A DNA stretch of 55,792 nucleotides, filler included, from Sphacelaria rigidula (Eukaryota), in the NCBI GenBank assembly GCA_964200075.2. It is 4 parts of 4 records of this genome, joined end to end, with 100 filler letters (N's around TTAATTAATTAA, not from the genome) between each part and the next. Parts side by side here need not be neighbours in the genome. Positions count along the whole stretch, not along the records: positions 27,948 to 41,820 come from CAXNAA020002618.1; positions 41,921 to 55,792 come from CAXNAA020002619.1; 2 more parts are not named here. The stretch is one strand, 5' to 3'. The notes below the pieces were generated by a model, which had not been told where the DNA came from, made no database searches, and saw only the letters and a program-made list of their open reading frames with translations. Of the stretch, positions 38,358 to 50,220 are shown piece by piece (positions within the stretch are counted from its first letter, which is position 1; every line of letters starts with the position of its first letter). Both the position numbers and the translations under genes were made by a program.

Positions 38358-38390
38358 CTCGGTCCGTAGGGCTCGGTCCCGGCAGTTGTT
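38358..38390 (-). CDS. Alpha-carbonic anhydrase 33-nt microexon
   Basis: CAG|A ACA ACT GCC GGG ACC GAG CCC TAC GGA CCG AG|GTATGT; splices to the next exon to give GPSEW (conserved GPxxW). Confidence 0.75.
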
Positions 38391-40484
38391 CTGCGGTAGG
38401 TGTATTCCGGGCCTGTGAGTAGCAGGGCATGTGCAGGGGGACAGGGTGTACGGTACGTGGCTCAGTGGTGGGGAACGGTCGAGCAGTCATGTATTGGCGT
38501 GATATTGCCGTAGGTGGGGGGTAAATTCCTGTTTAGCTGCGTGCGAGTCGTGGGTTGGGAAATGTTGAAACACCATGCTGCACGAATCTCGAGTGGGAAC
38601 AATGAGTGAATCACAATCTTTCTGTGAATCAAACATCCGAATATTGTTTCAAGTAAGAGGTGTATCGTACACACAGCACCAGAGACTGGACAGCATGTTA
38701 GTGAGAAGAGCCGTATCGTGTGGATGAAGGGTGGGGAGTGTTTTGGATAAACTTGCACCGAACCAATATAGGAGAGCTTATCGGGGGGGAAAGGGGTATG
38801 GCACAGGATGAAATACGAATCACGAGTTGAGAATATACGTGCGAATAATATTTCTGGTACGAGCCACATGGATGTTTCACGCGAAAAACGGGATATCGTG
38901 GACAGATATTTCTCTGAGGAGTGGACTCCTTCGCCAGGGGATGTCCATGATACCTCATGTTGTGTAATGGCATCTTGGCGTAGCACATGGATTCAAGACC
39001 CAAGCAGACCACTCCTTGGTCATGTGGGCTCATTCTCCTTCCTTCCATTCGCCATAATGCCGATTCGACACATGACCACCCCTGACCGGGTCGTCGTTCG
39101 AGCGCCCGTCGCCGAACTAATTTTTTCATATTTTCTTCCCAGATAGTAATTCAAAAACGATGGGGGTTTTCGTGTCACTTTTCTTCCGCTTGCAAGGGTT
39201 ATCCGACCCGGAAAGTCGATTTTTCGCACGTTGCACCATGAGGGCATATGAACCCCCGTCCAACCGTAGGATGTGTGTAGATGTTTTCCCATCCTTCCAT
39301 GAAAATGGGAAAAAGAAACCACGAACGCAATCGAAAACAAATTGTGCAGCTTGTGCATATATATTCATCTAGAGAGAGTAAAAGAATCCTCCTTGGTGGT
39401 GCAAAAGAGCACGACGCTTATATTTCATTCCTGCACGTCCCCACAGCATCAGAAAACAACATCCTACAGCACTGCGAATAAGCGCATGTGTAACCTTTTG
39501 AAAAACAGCATTTTGGTCGATCGGCTGCGGTGCATGCGAGAGCGAGGGTGGACCCAGAACGTGTAGCAGACGCCGTGGAACCGGTGCGCAGCGGTCGCAA
39601 TACCTTCCTTGCTACCTGGTGCAAAGACCTTTGACATCTCCGTTGGTAGTGGTAGCGTGGGTACTGTACTGTTGATGGAGGGAGGAAATTCCATCGAAAA
39701 TATGCTGAAGTTTGCCGCGGTTATGGCACGCTGGAGCGACAACGGACCGGTGCCATAGTGGCAGACAGTAGACTCAGGTCGAAAATGGTTAGACTTGTTC
39801 TTTCGGAGGCACCCGCGGGCAGGTGAGTGCGGCAACCGCATCTACACGTTCGACAGGGTGGTGCGGCCGACGAAGAAGATCGCACGCCGGAGTTTGATGC
39901 GGCCTGTGAGGACTGGGTGGACAGAGAGAAGCCAGCAACCGACACGGATCGAATACTCACAAGACATGTGCTTTATTTGGTACAACGCGTGTGTCTAGAG
40001 CTAGAGCCAGAGGCTGTTGCTGTGGATAGGTGTTCGTCTACTTTCAAATATGCTGCGTTTGAAATGGTATTATTCTCGCCGCATTCTTCGCCGACAAAGC
40101 ACTTGGCGTTTGACTGGTCATTGCTGTCTCAGCGTGTTTTGGTGACAGAACTGTGCGTACCACCCAATACTCGACGTACTACTCTGTAACGGGACCCTCC
40201 CCCAACCCTCCTCACACCCGCCACTCGTTACTCCGCAAGGGGCAAGGGCGTGGAGGGTCATCGCCGAGTACTCCGCGAAGTTTTTACTGCTTGGTTTGCT
40301 CTGTTTCGTGCGCGCTACTATTCGCGAGTTGCGTCTGCCGTTCTCGTTATCATTGTCGATCTTGGTGAAAAAATTGTGTGTAAGGGGGGGGGAGAGGAGG
40401 GCGGGGGGGCACTTCACGTGTTTCGTTGCAACTCGGTCACAACCGTATCAATTTTCGCGAGAAATTTGTCGGAACTAATTTCAC

Positions 40485-40517
40485 TCGGTTGGATAGCTCC
40501 ACGGAAGTGTTCGTCGA
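40485..40517 (-). CDS. Candidate upstream alpha-carbonic anhydrase exon (WSY motif)
   Basis: RRTLPWSYPT(E) ends in phase 2 at GA|GTGAAA, compatible with the next microexon; acceptor position uncertain. Confidence 0.45.
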
Positions 40518-41820
40518 CTTGGGGTTTGCCAAACACGGAGAGGAATGCTGAACCTTGGTTTGAGAATCCGGGGACAGACCACTTTATTCCCTCTTTGGTG
40601 CCGGGAAGTGATGCATTATGATGCTTGAGGGTTTGTGCTAGAGATAATATCTGGAACTACCTCTAGGTGCTCCGTTTTTGTCGATTGCTGGTGATGAGGG
40701 AGCAACTCTCAACGTGCGTCATGGTACCTTAAGCGTGACGCATGAACACCAAGTTTTGGAAGATTTCTGTCAGGACGTATTGCGAAGAGATATTAAATGG
40801 GAAAAAAAGTAAAAAAAACGTTTGCGTCAAGTACAGCGTTGCCAATCACAGACTCAATGGTCTAACTTGTTCCGAAATGTAGGGAATATGGCATTTTCAT
40901 CTCTGCACTATGATTTGTTCTTCCGAAGCGGACCGCACCACGACCTTGACCAGCCTAAAAACGGATTCGAGCTCTAGAAGCAATACCTCATCGATACAGA
41001 TGGGTTGGGCCGTGATCCGCATATCATTTCAGTGCGTTACTAGAACTCAAATTGACGCCTATCGAGCGCTCAGATTGAAGCATTTGAGTCGATTTTGGAC
41101 CAAAACACGTTCTGGACCACCTGCTTCTACTGCTCACCCCTGCTCACCTGACAGGGTTGCCAGAAAAATGAGAACGTATATTTAAGTGATAATCGACCGC
41201 TTCCCGGGATTGTGTCCATTTTTCGGATTTAGTTTCCGTCGGAAGCGCTTCAGTGGGGTTACTGTTGCCAGGAATACTTGCGGCCTACAGAGGGGGACAT
41301 GATTACCCGGTCATGATGGCTGTTGCGTGGAGCATGAACGTCTTCGGCAACACTACTGACCTGAAAAGTGATGCCGCAAGATGGTGACATCGTGTTACGG
41401 ATCGCAGCGTGGCATGGTGGAGATAGTACGATGATGGGCCGTCGGTTTCAAAACGACTATGCCCGGAGGGCTGATCACGGGAACTATAGCTAGTACCGTG
41501 GTCAGGGGTAAAGGCGGTGTAATCCGTCAAAAGACGGCATACATAAACATGCCTCTTTACAACCGGTTGGATCCGATTCTTCACAAGAATCGATCCAGCC
41601 GGCACCCTGGGATTCACTCTCTTGTGAGTGCTGAGGTAAATCCCACCAAGTGGAAAAAGAATCGAATCGACCTGAAGTGGTGATCAAGATATAGCGACGT
41701 TCGTTGTGCATTGTTCTGCGTTGGACTTTCCTACGTGCTGTGAGCTTGCTCTGTTTCAGGCATAACGGGGAGAATGTAACGACGTTGATTCACAGTTCAG
41801 GCAACGAGCAGATAGATGCT

Positions 41821-41920
41821 NNNNNNNNNNNNNNNNNNNNNNNNNNNNNNNNNNNNNNNNNNNNTTAATTAATTAANNNNNNNNNNNNNNNNNNNNNNNN
41901 NNNNNNNNNNNNNNNNNNNN
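41821..41920. other. Artificial contig linker
   Basis: Same 100-nt N/TTAATTAATTAA/N spacer. Confidence 0.97.
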
Positions 41921-43323
41921 TGGCCTCACCATCGACCGTTGCTTCCCACGTGAGGTAGAAAAATGGGCATGTCTCCGCCGCTTCTAGGTATAACGCCGCC
42001 TTTGCTTTACACGTCTCCTTGCCAGGCTCAAACATTTTCCTCAGTTGTTGGTTGGTAGCTACCAAAATAAGGTGGATAAACTGCTCCTCTACAACATGGT
42101 CGATATTATGAAGGGCGTCCTCCGGAGTGTCGTTCATTTTTTACTTCCCCCAGACGGGAATATCCAGATAGGCGACGTCTTGGCCTTGTTTCGCGATCAC
42201 GTGCAGCCTGTTGACCTGATCTGGACTCGAAACTTGTGACCAAATTGGATTGCACGTGCGGCGGAGGTAAATGCGCGAGACGCGGTTCCTAGTCTCGTCG
42301 CGAAGAGAGGAAGCAATAATGTGTAATACACTTCAGGCATTCACTGTAGACGTGTGAAAACAGTACCGAGATCCTGCGACAATCCCCACCCCTCAGATTC
42401 TCAGCGATACACACTCTGCATGATCCCAAACGAAGGATTCGAAGCGCGATACGCATTCTGTCTGGTATGCCGTGCTCGTTTCCTTCGAAATCTCCGCGTC
42501 GCGACTAGAAGGGTGGGAGGTGACAAGACGACCCCCGAGTGATGGCCTTCTCACACGCCCGTCCCATAATTTAAGGCACTGAAGGGCAATAATACGTTGT
42601 CTGGGTATAATGGTCGTTGTGACGGCTTTACAGATGGGTTCGTTACGAAGTTAGAGGGCAGACTCAGCCGACGTGAAGATAGAATAACAAGTTCTTTACT
42701 TGAGATGGGCCGAAATATACCCAGGCATCGCACTTATTCTACTATTTCGAAGCACTCGTAAAAGGTTTTGGCCGTTGTCGAGCCGAACAGTGCTGGTTTT
42801 ACCAGCAAGGTTTGTCAGTGAAGAAGGCAGTGGGGTCCAACACACGGTAATACGTAAAACTAGTGATTGATTCGCGATTGTGATTATTGTTCGTTGTTTT
42901 TTTCGAATGTTGATTCTCTCCGGAGTTTAGAAAGGGGGGTGTGCGGCCATTTTCGGGCCTGATTATTTGTTTTCATTCGTACGAACCGAGCACCGAATGA
43001 AGACAAAATATGCTTTCAACCGAAAATTGACCAAAAATATAAGACAAAAATCGGACCAAGTGACCCTAACTCAGAAGTTCCTGCACGGCAACGCAAGCAT
43101 GATGATGAGCAGTCCAACAGAAAAACCGCCATCATTCATTGTCCTGCGTGTTTTAGCAGGACCTGCGTCTAAGCGCTACGAAACACGTAACAAAGCATAC
43201 TGAACACATACTTCTTTGGACTACAGTTGCGGCCTGCACTTAAGAACCTCCTATTTTGCGCAACCCTGGGAGTTCTCATTTCCTTTGTGGGTTATCACAG
43301 CTACGATATAGGTTTTAGTCTGG

Positions 43324-43587
43324 GTGGGATTCGAGTTCTTAAATTTCGTGAAAATCGAACCCTCGATTTCTTAACTACCAGGTTCTTAACCCTTAGACGA
43401 CGAGCGTCGCCTCGGAACAGTTGTACAGGCTGACAGTTCCGAGTTCTTAAAGTTCGTGTTAGTGTGCGTGGGATTCGAGTTAATCAATTTCGTGAAAATC
43501 GAACGCTCGATTTCTTAACTACCAGGTTCTTAACCCTTAGACGACGAGCGTCGCCTCGGAACAGTTGTACAGGCTGACAGTTCCGAG
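43324..43587. repeat. Tandem duplication with a period of about 144 bp
   Basis: GTGGGATTCGAGTT...TTTCGTGAAAATCGAA...GGAACAGTTGTACAGGCTGACAGTTCCGAG occurs twice, nearly identical. Confidence 0.85.
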
Positions 43588-46201
43588 ACATCCGGGGGTT
43601 TCCAAGGCTCGGGGGTGGGGGTGGTTTTTGAGAGGGGGGGTGTCTCTCCGCGGAGCATTGGAGAAGCTCATGGAGTCAACCATGTGTGTTTGAAAGTTTC
43701 CCGCGGAAAATTGTGAGCCGTGCACGAGGCCCGAGAGACGCGGGATAACCATTCAAACCAATCACGGTCGTCAAAATGGGCACTTTTGTTACGGTAGAGG
43801 TAAACACCTGGTAGACACATTCGCTGCCTACCCTCATAACTTATTTTGAGCATACCGAATCAACCATAGATTACATAACCAAAAAGTAGGCGTTTGAACA
43901 TCTTCGGTATACTGTGTCTGTCTGTTCAGTACTGCCTGAGCGTCGTACTAGCTCCACACATCCACCCGGTATCAAACGTTATGGCGCAACACGCGAGGGG
44001 CGGCCACGAGTACCCGACGCACGTCTATGTAGACAAGTACTCCGACGGTGAGGCGACCGCCGTCGCCGAGCAATTGCTCTACGGTAGTCTTGGGCGTTCG
44101 CGGCGGTAGTCATGGTGCGATATCCAAACGCATGCTGNNNNNNNTGTAACACTGTCAGATCCGGTACGCTGCAGACCGCACTTGCAGCCGCGGCACGATA
44201 CACTACAGATTGCACAGCAAAAATATGAGGCGTAATAATCAGGTGATCGAGATCCACACCGCCGTCTGTGTTATGACGCAGCTATGTACCTCTTATGCAC
44301 TCCCGGCCCCTTCCGCCGTAGAGTAGGCGTTTTGAGTTGTGATAAAGGAATAATTCTGAGCCCAAAAAGTGTAGTGTCTACCTCAGCCTACCAGCGGGGG
44401 GGTCGCTGTCTAAGGGTTAAGTGCGGGTCGCAACTATAGTCATCGAGTTTTTGAGCGCCTTTTGTTGAGTATCTGAGAGAGACTTCATACTGTTGCGCCG
44501 GCGACGGCCGCCGTCAGCGAAACGATCCAGTGTGGGGACAGACGCCAGCAATCTTTGAAACGTAGCACCATTCAGCAGTCTGCTGAGATATACCATCACC
44601 AGAGTACAGCATCACTACAGTACAGCCCATAAAATGGATACCCCACAATAAAGCTGCAGACACACACAACGGGGGTAAGGGTTAGTCCCACGCTTGGGGT
44701 TGTTTCGCCAGTAGTGCCCATGCGAGGCGTTTCACCCGGTCTGAACCAGCTATCACGCCTTGTATGGCCACCTCCGCCGTGGCTGTGTTGAGAACCGGTT
44801 TCGCGGTGAGGCTGTCGAACAATACTACTGTAGTGCAACGCGGTTGCGAAATCCGAGCCGTTTCTTTTTAACTTAGAGCCCGCATCAGCTGTAGTTTAAA
44901 TATCCCTCCTGACGGTCCCAACCGGGGTCTGACCCAGGGGCGGAAAGCGCTGGCACCCTCCCCCTCAGATAGGATTTGGGACAACTGTGGGGGTATTTGG
45001 GGAAGATCACTCGGAATGAAACATGTAGAGTAGTATTCAGGGGTATCGTAGTACATCTTTCCCTGTTCAAGCAGTCGAAATTTCCTTGCTTGAACGCTTT
45101 ATACCCGTTACAATGAACGACTGCTTTCCAAGAAAACCATCCGTAATTTCAGGACTTCCCCTGGGGTCTAATCCTAACGCTGAGGTTGTCACAAATCCTT
45201 GTGCTTTGTTTTCAGCGTTGCAATCTAGGTACGCGAAGCCCAGGCACGTGGAATGGCGCAAACGTTGCGTGTAGACCTGTTTGACCAGCGCAGCGGTTGA
45301 CCTCTTTCTTTCGATCAATCAGGCCTAAGAAATCATGGATTTAGTGATTGGAATCGGCGATGATTTGTCTGAACCGTGAAAATGTCTATAGGGTTGCACA
45401 CTAAGGCCCAGATATTTGTCATCGAGTGGCTCCTGCGACACAACCAAGCCTCAGGAAAAAAAGTGCATCCCTACCGTGGCACTGCTCTGTAAAAGAACAA
45501 CTACTGATGCCCCCACATATGCCGGAAGGCGTAGCCTGGCGTCCAGAATAGATGGGATGATAGCACACACACAACAGGGATACTTGTACACTCCACCAAT
45601 CAATCCAAACGCTTTCTGAGGTTGGAAACCAAGACCCAAATGGTTGTCATCGACAGGCTCCCACAGTGCAGAGCCCCAGAAAAAAAATCCACCCCTACCG
45701 TAGAACCACTCGTAAAACATACACGTACTCCGCGTGCCCGCGCTGCTATAGTCAACCTTTAGACTTGTGAACATGCGCAATGAACCCGGGCTATACAGGT
45801 TGGCAGGTGAGGAATACTGAATACTGTTTTCTTCTTCTAACTTTTCTTGTATACTAGATTCGGATTCCACGGGTAAGGGGTAGCTTTTGGTATACGTGGA
45901 ATTCAAATCGCGCGTGTCGACGAGAAGCTTCTGCGTGTGCTTGAGACGAAGTATATGGATGACGACTATTTGATGTTGTACAGATGGCAGAGTCTTGCAG
46001 ATCAGTTGTACTGAAATTGTGTGTGAAGCGGGTCGTACAGCTCGTCGCTTGCCAAATATATATGGATCAGGCGGTTTCTACAGGTGACAGAAAATTCCAT
46101 AAAATGAGGTTGTACGATGAAATGGGGTTCAAGCCCAAAACAGTGCTTTCCCGTCACTTTCAGCGATAGTGTTTAATGTCTTTTTTGTCGGCCTAAGGCC
46201 A

Positions 46202-46383
46202 CTCGATCGCGAAGATACTTGAGCGCATTTTACCGACTCTGTGAGCTTACAGCGCTGACTGAAACCGTGGTTTCCCCTGATCTGATATCACCCCCCCCTG
46301 AAATTAAGGGAAAATGACAATTTCGGTCAGCGCCGTAAGCTCAAAAAATGCGCTGAAAAGGTATCTACTCGTACGCGATCGAG
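46202..46383. mobile_element. Foldback/MITE-like inverted repeat
   Basis: CTCGATCGCG...AGCGCATTT...GAGCTTACAGCGCTGACTGAAA mirrored by TTTCGGTCAGCGCCGTAAGCTC...AAATGCGCT...CGCGATCGAG. Confidence 0.65.
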
Positions 46384-46741
46384 GTGCATCACGCCAACAA
46401 AAACGTCACTGGGCACCATCGCTGTCGAGTGAGGGGAAAGCACTGTTTCGGGCTTGAATATCTTTTCATCATACAACCTGATTTTATAGCATTGTCTGTT
46501 AGGTCACAATCAGACAAACGTGCACGGTTGACAACACACCTCCGACCGATTACGATTTATGCCCCAAATGAGCCGACCCGGATCTGTCACGAGCTGATCT
46601 GTCCGACGTTTGGTTGGTTCTGAGCATACAGCGCTCACCGGCTGCACACCCGGAAGGGGCGGTGGAGCGAGCGGTTTGTCTCAGTCATAGGTGTAGCTGT
46701 GATTGAGACACGACGCCCTCGCGCTGTTTCCTACAATGAAG

Positions 46742-46867
46742 GGTAGGTACGCCGACGCAGAGCTACTGTATGAGCGGTGCCAGGCGGTCCAGGAGAAGGT
46801 GCTCGGCCCTGAGCACCCGGAGCTGGCCACAACGCTTGACAGCCGTGCGCTACTGTATCAAGCTCAG
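46742..46867 (+). CDS. 42-aa TPR exon 1 (kinesin-light-chain/NB-ARC-TPR-type repeat)
   Basis: 126 nt, phase 0-0, GRYADAELLYERCQAVQEKVLGPEHPELATTLDSRALLYQAQ; AAG acceptor. Confidence 0.8.
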
Positions 46868-46990
46868 GTGAGCGGCGATAGAGACGTTTGGTTATGGTGT
46901 GTGGAAGTGTCAAGGGCCCTGTGTAAAGTTTGATGTTAGCTGTAGCTGTGACTGATACGCGACGCCCTCGCGATGTTTCCTACAATACAG

Positions 46991-47116
46991 GGTAGGTACG
47001 CCGACGCAGAGCCACTGTATGAGCGCTGCCAGGCGATCCAGGAGAAGGTGCTAGGCCCTGAGCACCCGGGTTTGGCCACAACGCTCGACAGCCGTGCGAG
47101 ATTGTATGATGCTCAG
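46991..47116 (+). CDS. 42-aa TPR exon 2
   Basis: 126 nt, GRYADAEPLYERCQAIQEKVLGPEHPGLATTLDSRARLYDAQ. Confidence 0.85.
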
Positions 47117-47422
47117 GTGAGAGCCAATGGAGACGTCTGGTTGTGGTTTGTTTGTGGATGTGTCAAGGTCCATGTGTGTGGTGCTTGATGCTGTTCGCTA
47201 ATGATGCTGCGGGCCGACGTCTTGTGAAGCCATAGATGCGGAGGAATCTACTCGTGACACGTCAGGGCCCTAAAGTTCAGGCGTCATGCTGTTGGTTTTG
47301 AGCATACAACGCTTACCGGTTGCACACCTGGGAGAAACAGTGGAGCGAGCGTCTCATCGCAGTGGTGAGTGTAGCTGTGACTGAGACACGACGCCCTCGC
47401 GCTGTTTCCTACAACGATGCAG

Positions 47423-47547
47423 GGTAGGTACGCCGACGCAGAGTCAATGTATGAGCGCTGCCAGGCGATCGAGGAGAAGGTGCTAGGCCCTCAGCACCCA
47501 GGGTGGCCACAACGCTCCATAATCGTGCGCTATCGAATGGTGCTCAG
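47423..47547 (+). pseudogene. TPR exon 3, frameshifted (125 nt)
   Basis: 1-nt deletion (CCCAGGGTGGCC vs CCCAGGGTTGGCC); splice sites intact. Confidence 0.8.
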
Positions 47548-47840
47548 GTGAGAGCTGATAGAGAGGTTCGGTTATGGTGTGTGGACGTGCCAACGGTCGT
47601 GTGTAGTGTTTGATGCTGTTCGCTGATGATGTGGGCTGAAGTTTTGTGAGGCCATGGGTGCGGCGGAAGTAACTCGTGGTACGTGAGGGCTGGAAGACCG
47701 GATGTAGTAATCTTGGTTCTGAGCATGGAGCGCTCACCGATTGCACACCTAGGAAGGGCAGTGCAGCGAGCGTCTCGCCGCAGTCGTGGGTGCAGCTGTG
47801 ACTGAGACACAACGCCCTCGCGCTGTTTCCTACAATGCAG

Positions 47841-47966
47841 GGTAGGTACGCCGACGCAGAGCCACTGTATGAGCGCTGCCAGGCGATCCAGGAGAAGGTG
47901 CTAGGCCTTCAGCACCCGGGTTTGGCCACAACGCTTCACAGCCGTGCAGGATTGTATGATGCTCAG
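47841..47966 (+). CDS. 42-aa TPR exon 4
   Basis: 126 nt, GRYADAEPLYERCQAIQEKVLGLQHPGLATTLHSRAGLYDAQ. Confidence 0.85.
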
Positions 47967-48265
47967 GTGAGAGCCGATGGAGACGTTTGGTTATGGTGTG
48001 TGGACGTGTCAAGGGCCCTCTGGAATGTTTGATGTTGTTCGCTGATGCTATGGGCCAACGTTTTGTGAGGCTATGGGTGCGGCGGAATCAAGTCGTGGTA
48101 GGTCAGGGCCGTGAAGACCGGACGTACGGTAGTACCGTTGGTTCTGCGCATACAGCGCCCACCGGCTGCACACGTGGAATGGACAGTGGAGCGGGCGTCT
48201 CGTCGCAGTCGTAGGTGCAGCTGTGACTGAGTTACGACGCCCTCGCGCTGTTTCCTGCGATGCAG

Positions 48266-48391
48266 GGTAGGTACGCCGACGCAGAGCCACTGTATGAGCG
48301 CTGCCAGGCGATCCAAGAGAGGGTGCTAGGCCCTCAGCACCCAGGGTTGGCCACAACGCTGCACAGCTGCGCGAGATTGTATCATACTCAG
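48266..48391 (+). CDS. 42-aa TPR exon 5
   Basis: 126 nt, GRYADAEPLYERCQAIQERVLGPQHPGLATTLHSCARLYHTQ. Confidence 0.85.
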
Positions 48392-48599
48392 GTGAGAGCC
48401 GATAGAGACGTTTGGTTGTGGTGTGTGGACGTGTCAAGTAGATGAGTGGTGGTCGATGTTGTTCGCTGATGCTACGGGGCAACGTCTTGTGAGGTCATCG
48501 GTGCAGCGGAAGTAACTCGTGATACGTGAAGGCCGTGAAGACCGGGCACACTAAGCGTACAGCGCTCACGACGCCCTCGTGCTGTTTCCTACAATACAG

Positions 48600-48725
48600 G
48601 GTAGGTACGCCGAGGCAGCGCCGCTGTATGAGCGCTGCCAGGCGATCCAGGAGAAGGTGCTAGGCCCCGAGCACCCGGGGTTGGCCACAACGCTCGACAG
48701 CCGTGCGAGATTCTATAAAGCTCAG
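48600..48725 (+). CDS. 42-aa TPR exon 6
   Basis: 126 nt, GRYAEAAPLYERCQAIQEKVLGPEHPGLATTLDSRARFYKAQ; donor GTTAGA. Confidence 0.85.
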
Positions 48726-48879
48726 GTTAGAAACGATAGCGACGTGTGGTTGGGGTTTGTTGACGTGTTAACGGCGCCGTGAGATGTTTGATGTTATTCG
48801 CTGATGCTGTGGGCCAACAGTTTGTGGGGCCATGGATGCCGAGGAATCAACCCGTGGTACGTCATATCGGTGAATGGTG

Positions 48880-49650
48880 CCACTCTGTTCCGAAACATAA
48901 GGCCCGTTTGAAAAAAAAACGAAATATAAGCCCCGTGTACACATTGACATGTATACGACTCCCCAGCTCTTCTAGAGCCATGGAAATACTTGCATACACT
49001 ATCGCGAGGAACGGGGAGGAAAAAAAATGTTCAGGGTGACCAGGGGACACCAGGAATCCATCCCCGGGTTTTCACTGCATCAGGTGATGAAATGATGCTG
49101 GTAAGTCCGGTGTTCCAGGTGATGTAGTATCTCCAATACCTTTACCTGGACGATGAACTGCATGGGAATGCGGTAGGAACAGTTTGGGGATGAAAAAAAG
49201 CATTCCCTGGGGTAACCAGGGGATGCGCGAATATCATCCCCGGGTTTTCAATTCAGAAGATCCGGGGATGATATTACTCTGGAGTAGTCCCCCTTCCGCA
49301 GAATGCCGTTGTTGCTGCCTTTGAGAAGCTCGGCAATCACAGCGATTCGCTCGTCATCGTTGAGGTTCTTTCTCTTGGGTGTCTCGGCAACACTTTCATC
49401 GCTAGACATGTTTCTGTACACTACCGGATGGCCTCTTTTAACCACTTTGGAAGAAGCGAGCTCTGTGCAGTGCTTCTTGAGGGTGGGTGTGTGTGGGCGG
49501 GACTGTCAATTTTTGAAAAAAAAAGCGGTTGGTTCTTTCAGGCGGGAGCGGCGCGAATACGATGCAAAAAAGCGTTAAAACAAAATCGCCTTTCATCCGA
49601 AGTTATGCCGCAAAATCCCCAAACGGGGCTTATGTTTCGGAACAGAGTGG
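48880..49650 (-). mobile_element. Internally deleted Tc1/mariner (plant-mariner/Stowaway-like) element in TPR intron 6
   Basis: TIRs of about 31 bp, CCACTCTGTTCCGAAACATAAG(G/C)CCCGTTTG, with one mismatch; TA at the right end; the minus-strand remnant MSSDESVAETPKRKNLNDDERIAVIAELLKGSNNGILRKG resembles a mariner-like transposase N-terminus. Confidence 0.8.
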
Positions 49651-49812
49651 TACGTCATATCGGTGAAGACCGAGTGTAGTAGCGTTGGTTTCGAGCATTC
49701 AGTGCTCACCGGATGCACACCTGGGAGGGGCAGTGCAGCGAGCGTGTCGTCGCAGTCGTAGGTGCAGCTGTGACGGAGACACGATGCCCTCGCGCTGTTT
49801 CCTACAATGAAG

Positions 49813-49926
49813 GGTAGGTACGCTGCCGCAGAGCCCTGCAAGGCGATCCAGGAGAAGGTGCTAGGCCCTGAGCACCCGGGGTTGGCCACAACGCTCCACA
49901 GCCGTGCGCTATTGTATCATGCTCAG
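49813..49926 (+). CDS. TPR exon 7 with an in-frame 12-nt deletion (38 aa)
   Basis: 114 nt, GRYAAAEP----CKAIQEKVLGPEHPGLATTLHSRALLYHAQ; AAG acceptor. Confidence 0.7.
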
Positions 49927-50220
49927 GTGAGCGGCGATAGAGACGTTTGGTTATGGTGTGTGGACATGTCAAGGGCCCTGTGTGGTGCTTGATGTTGTTC
50001 GCTGATTCCATGGGCCAACGTCGTCTGAGGTCATGGTTATGGTGGGATCTACTCGTGGTACGTCAGGGCCGAGAAGACCGGGCGTAGTACCGTTAATACG
50101 GAGCATACAGCGCTCACCGGCTGCACACCCGGTCGGGGCGGTGAAGCGAGCGTCTCGCCGCAGTCGCAGGTGAAGCTGTGACTGAGACACGACGCCCTCG
50201 TGCTGTTTCCTACAATGCAG

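Noticed and set aside
41921-42300. Frameshifted minus-strand ORF at the contig start (also 45067-45906 and 54304-54669)
   Set aside because: Coding-like but unidentifiable by eye; a viral or TE assignment cannot be supported without a search
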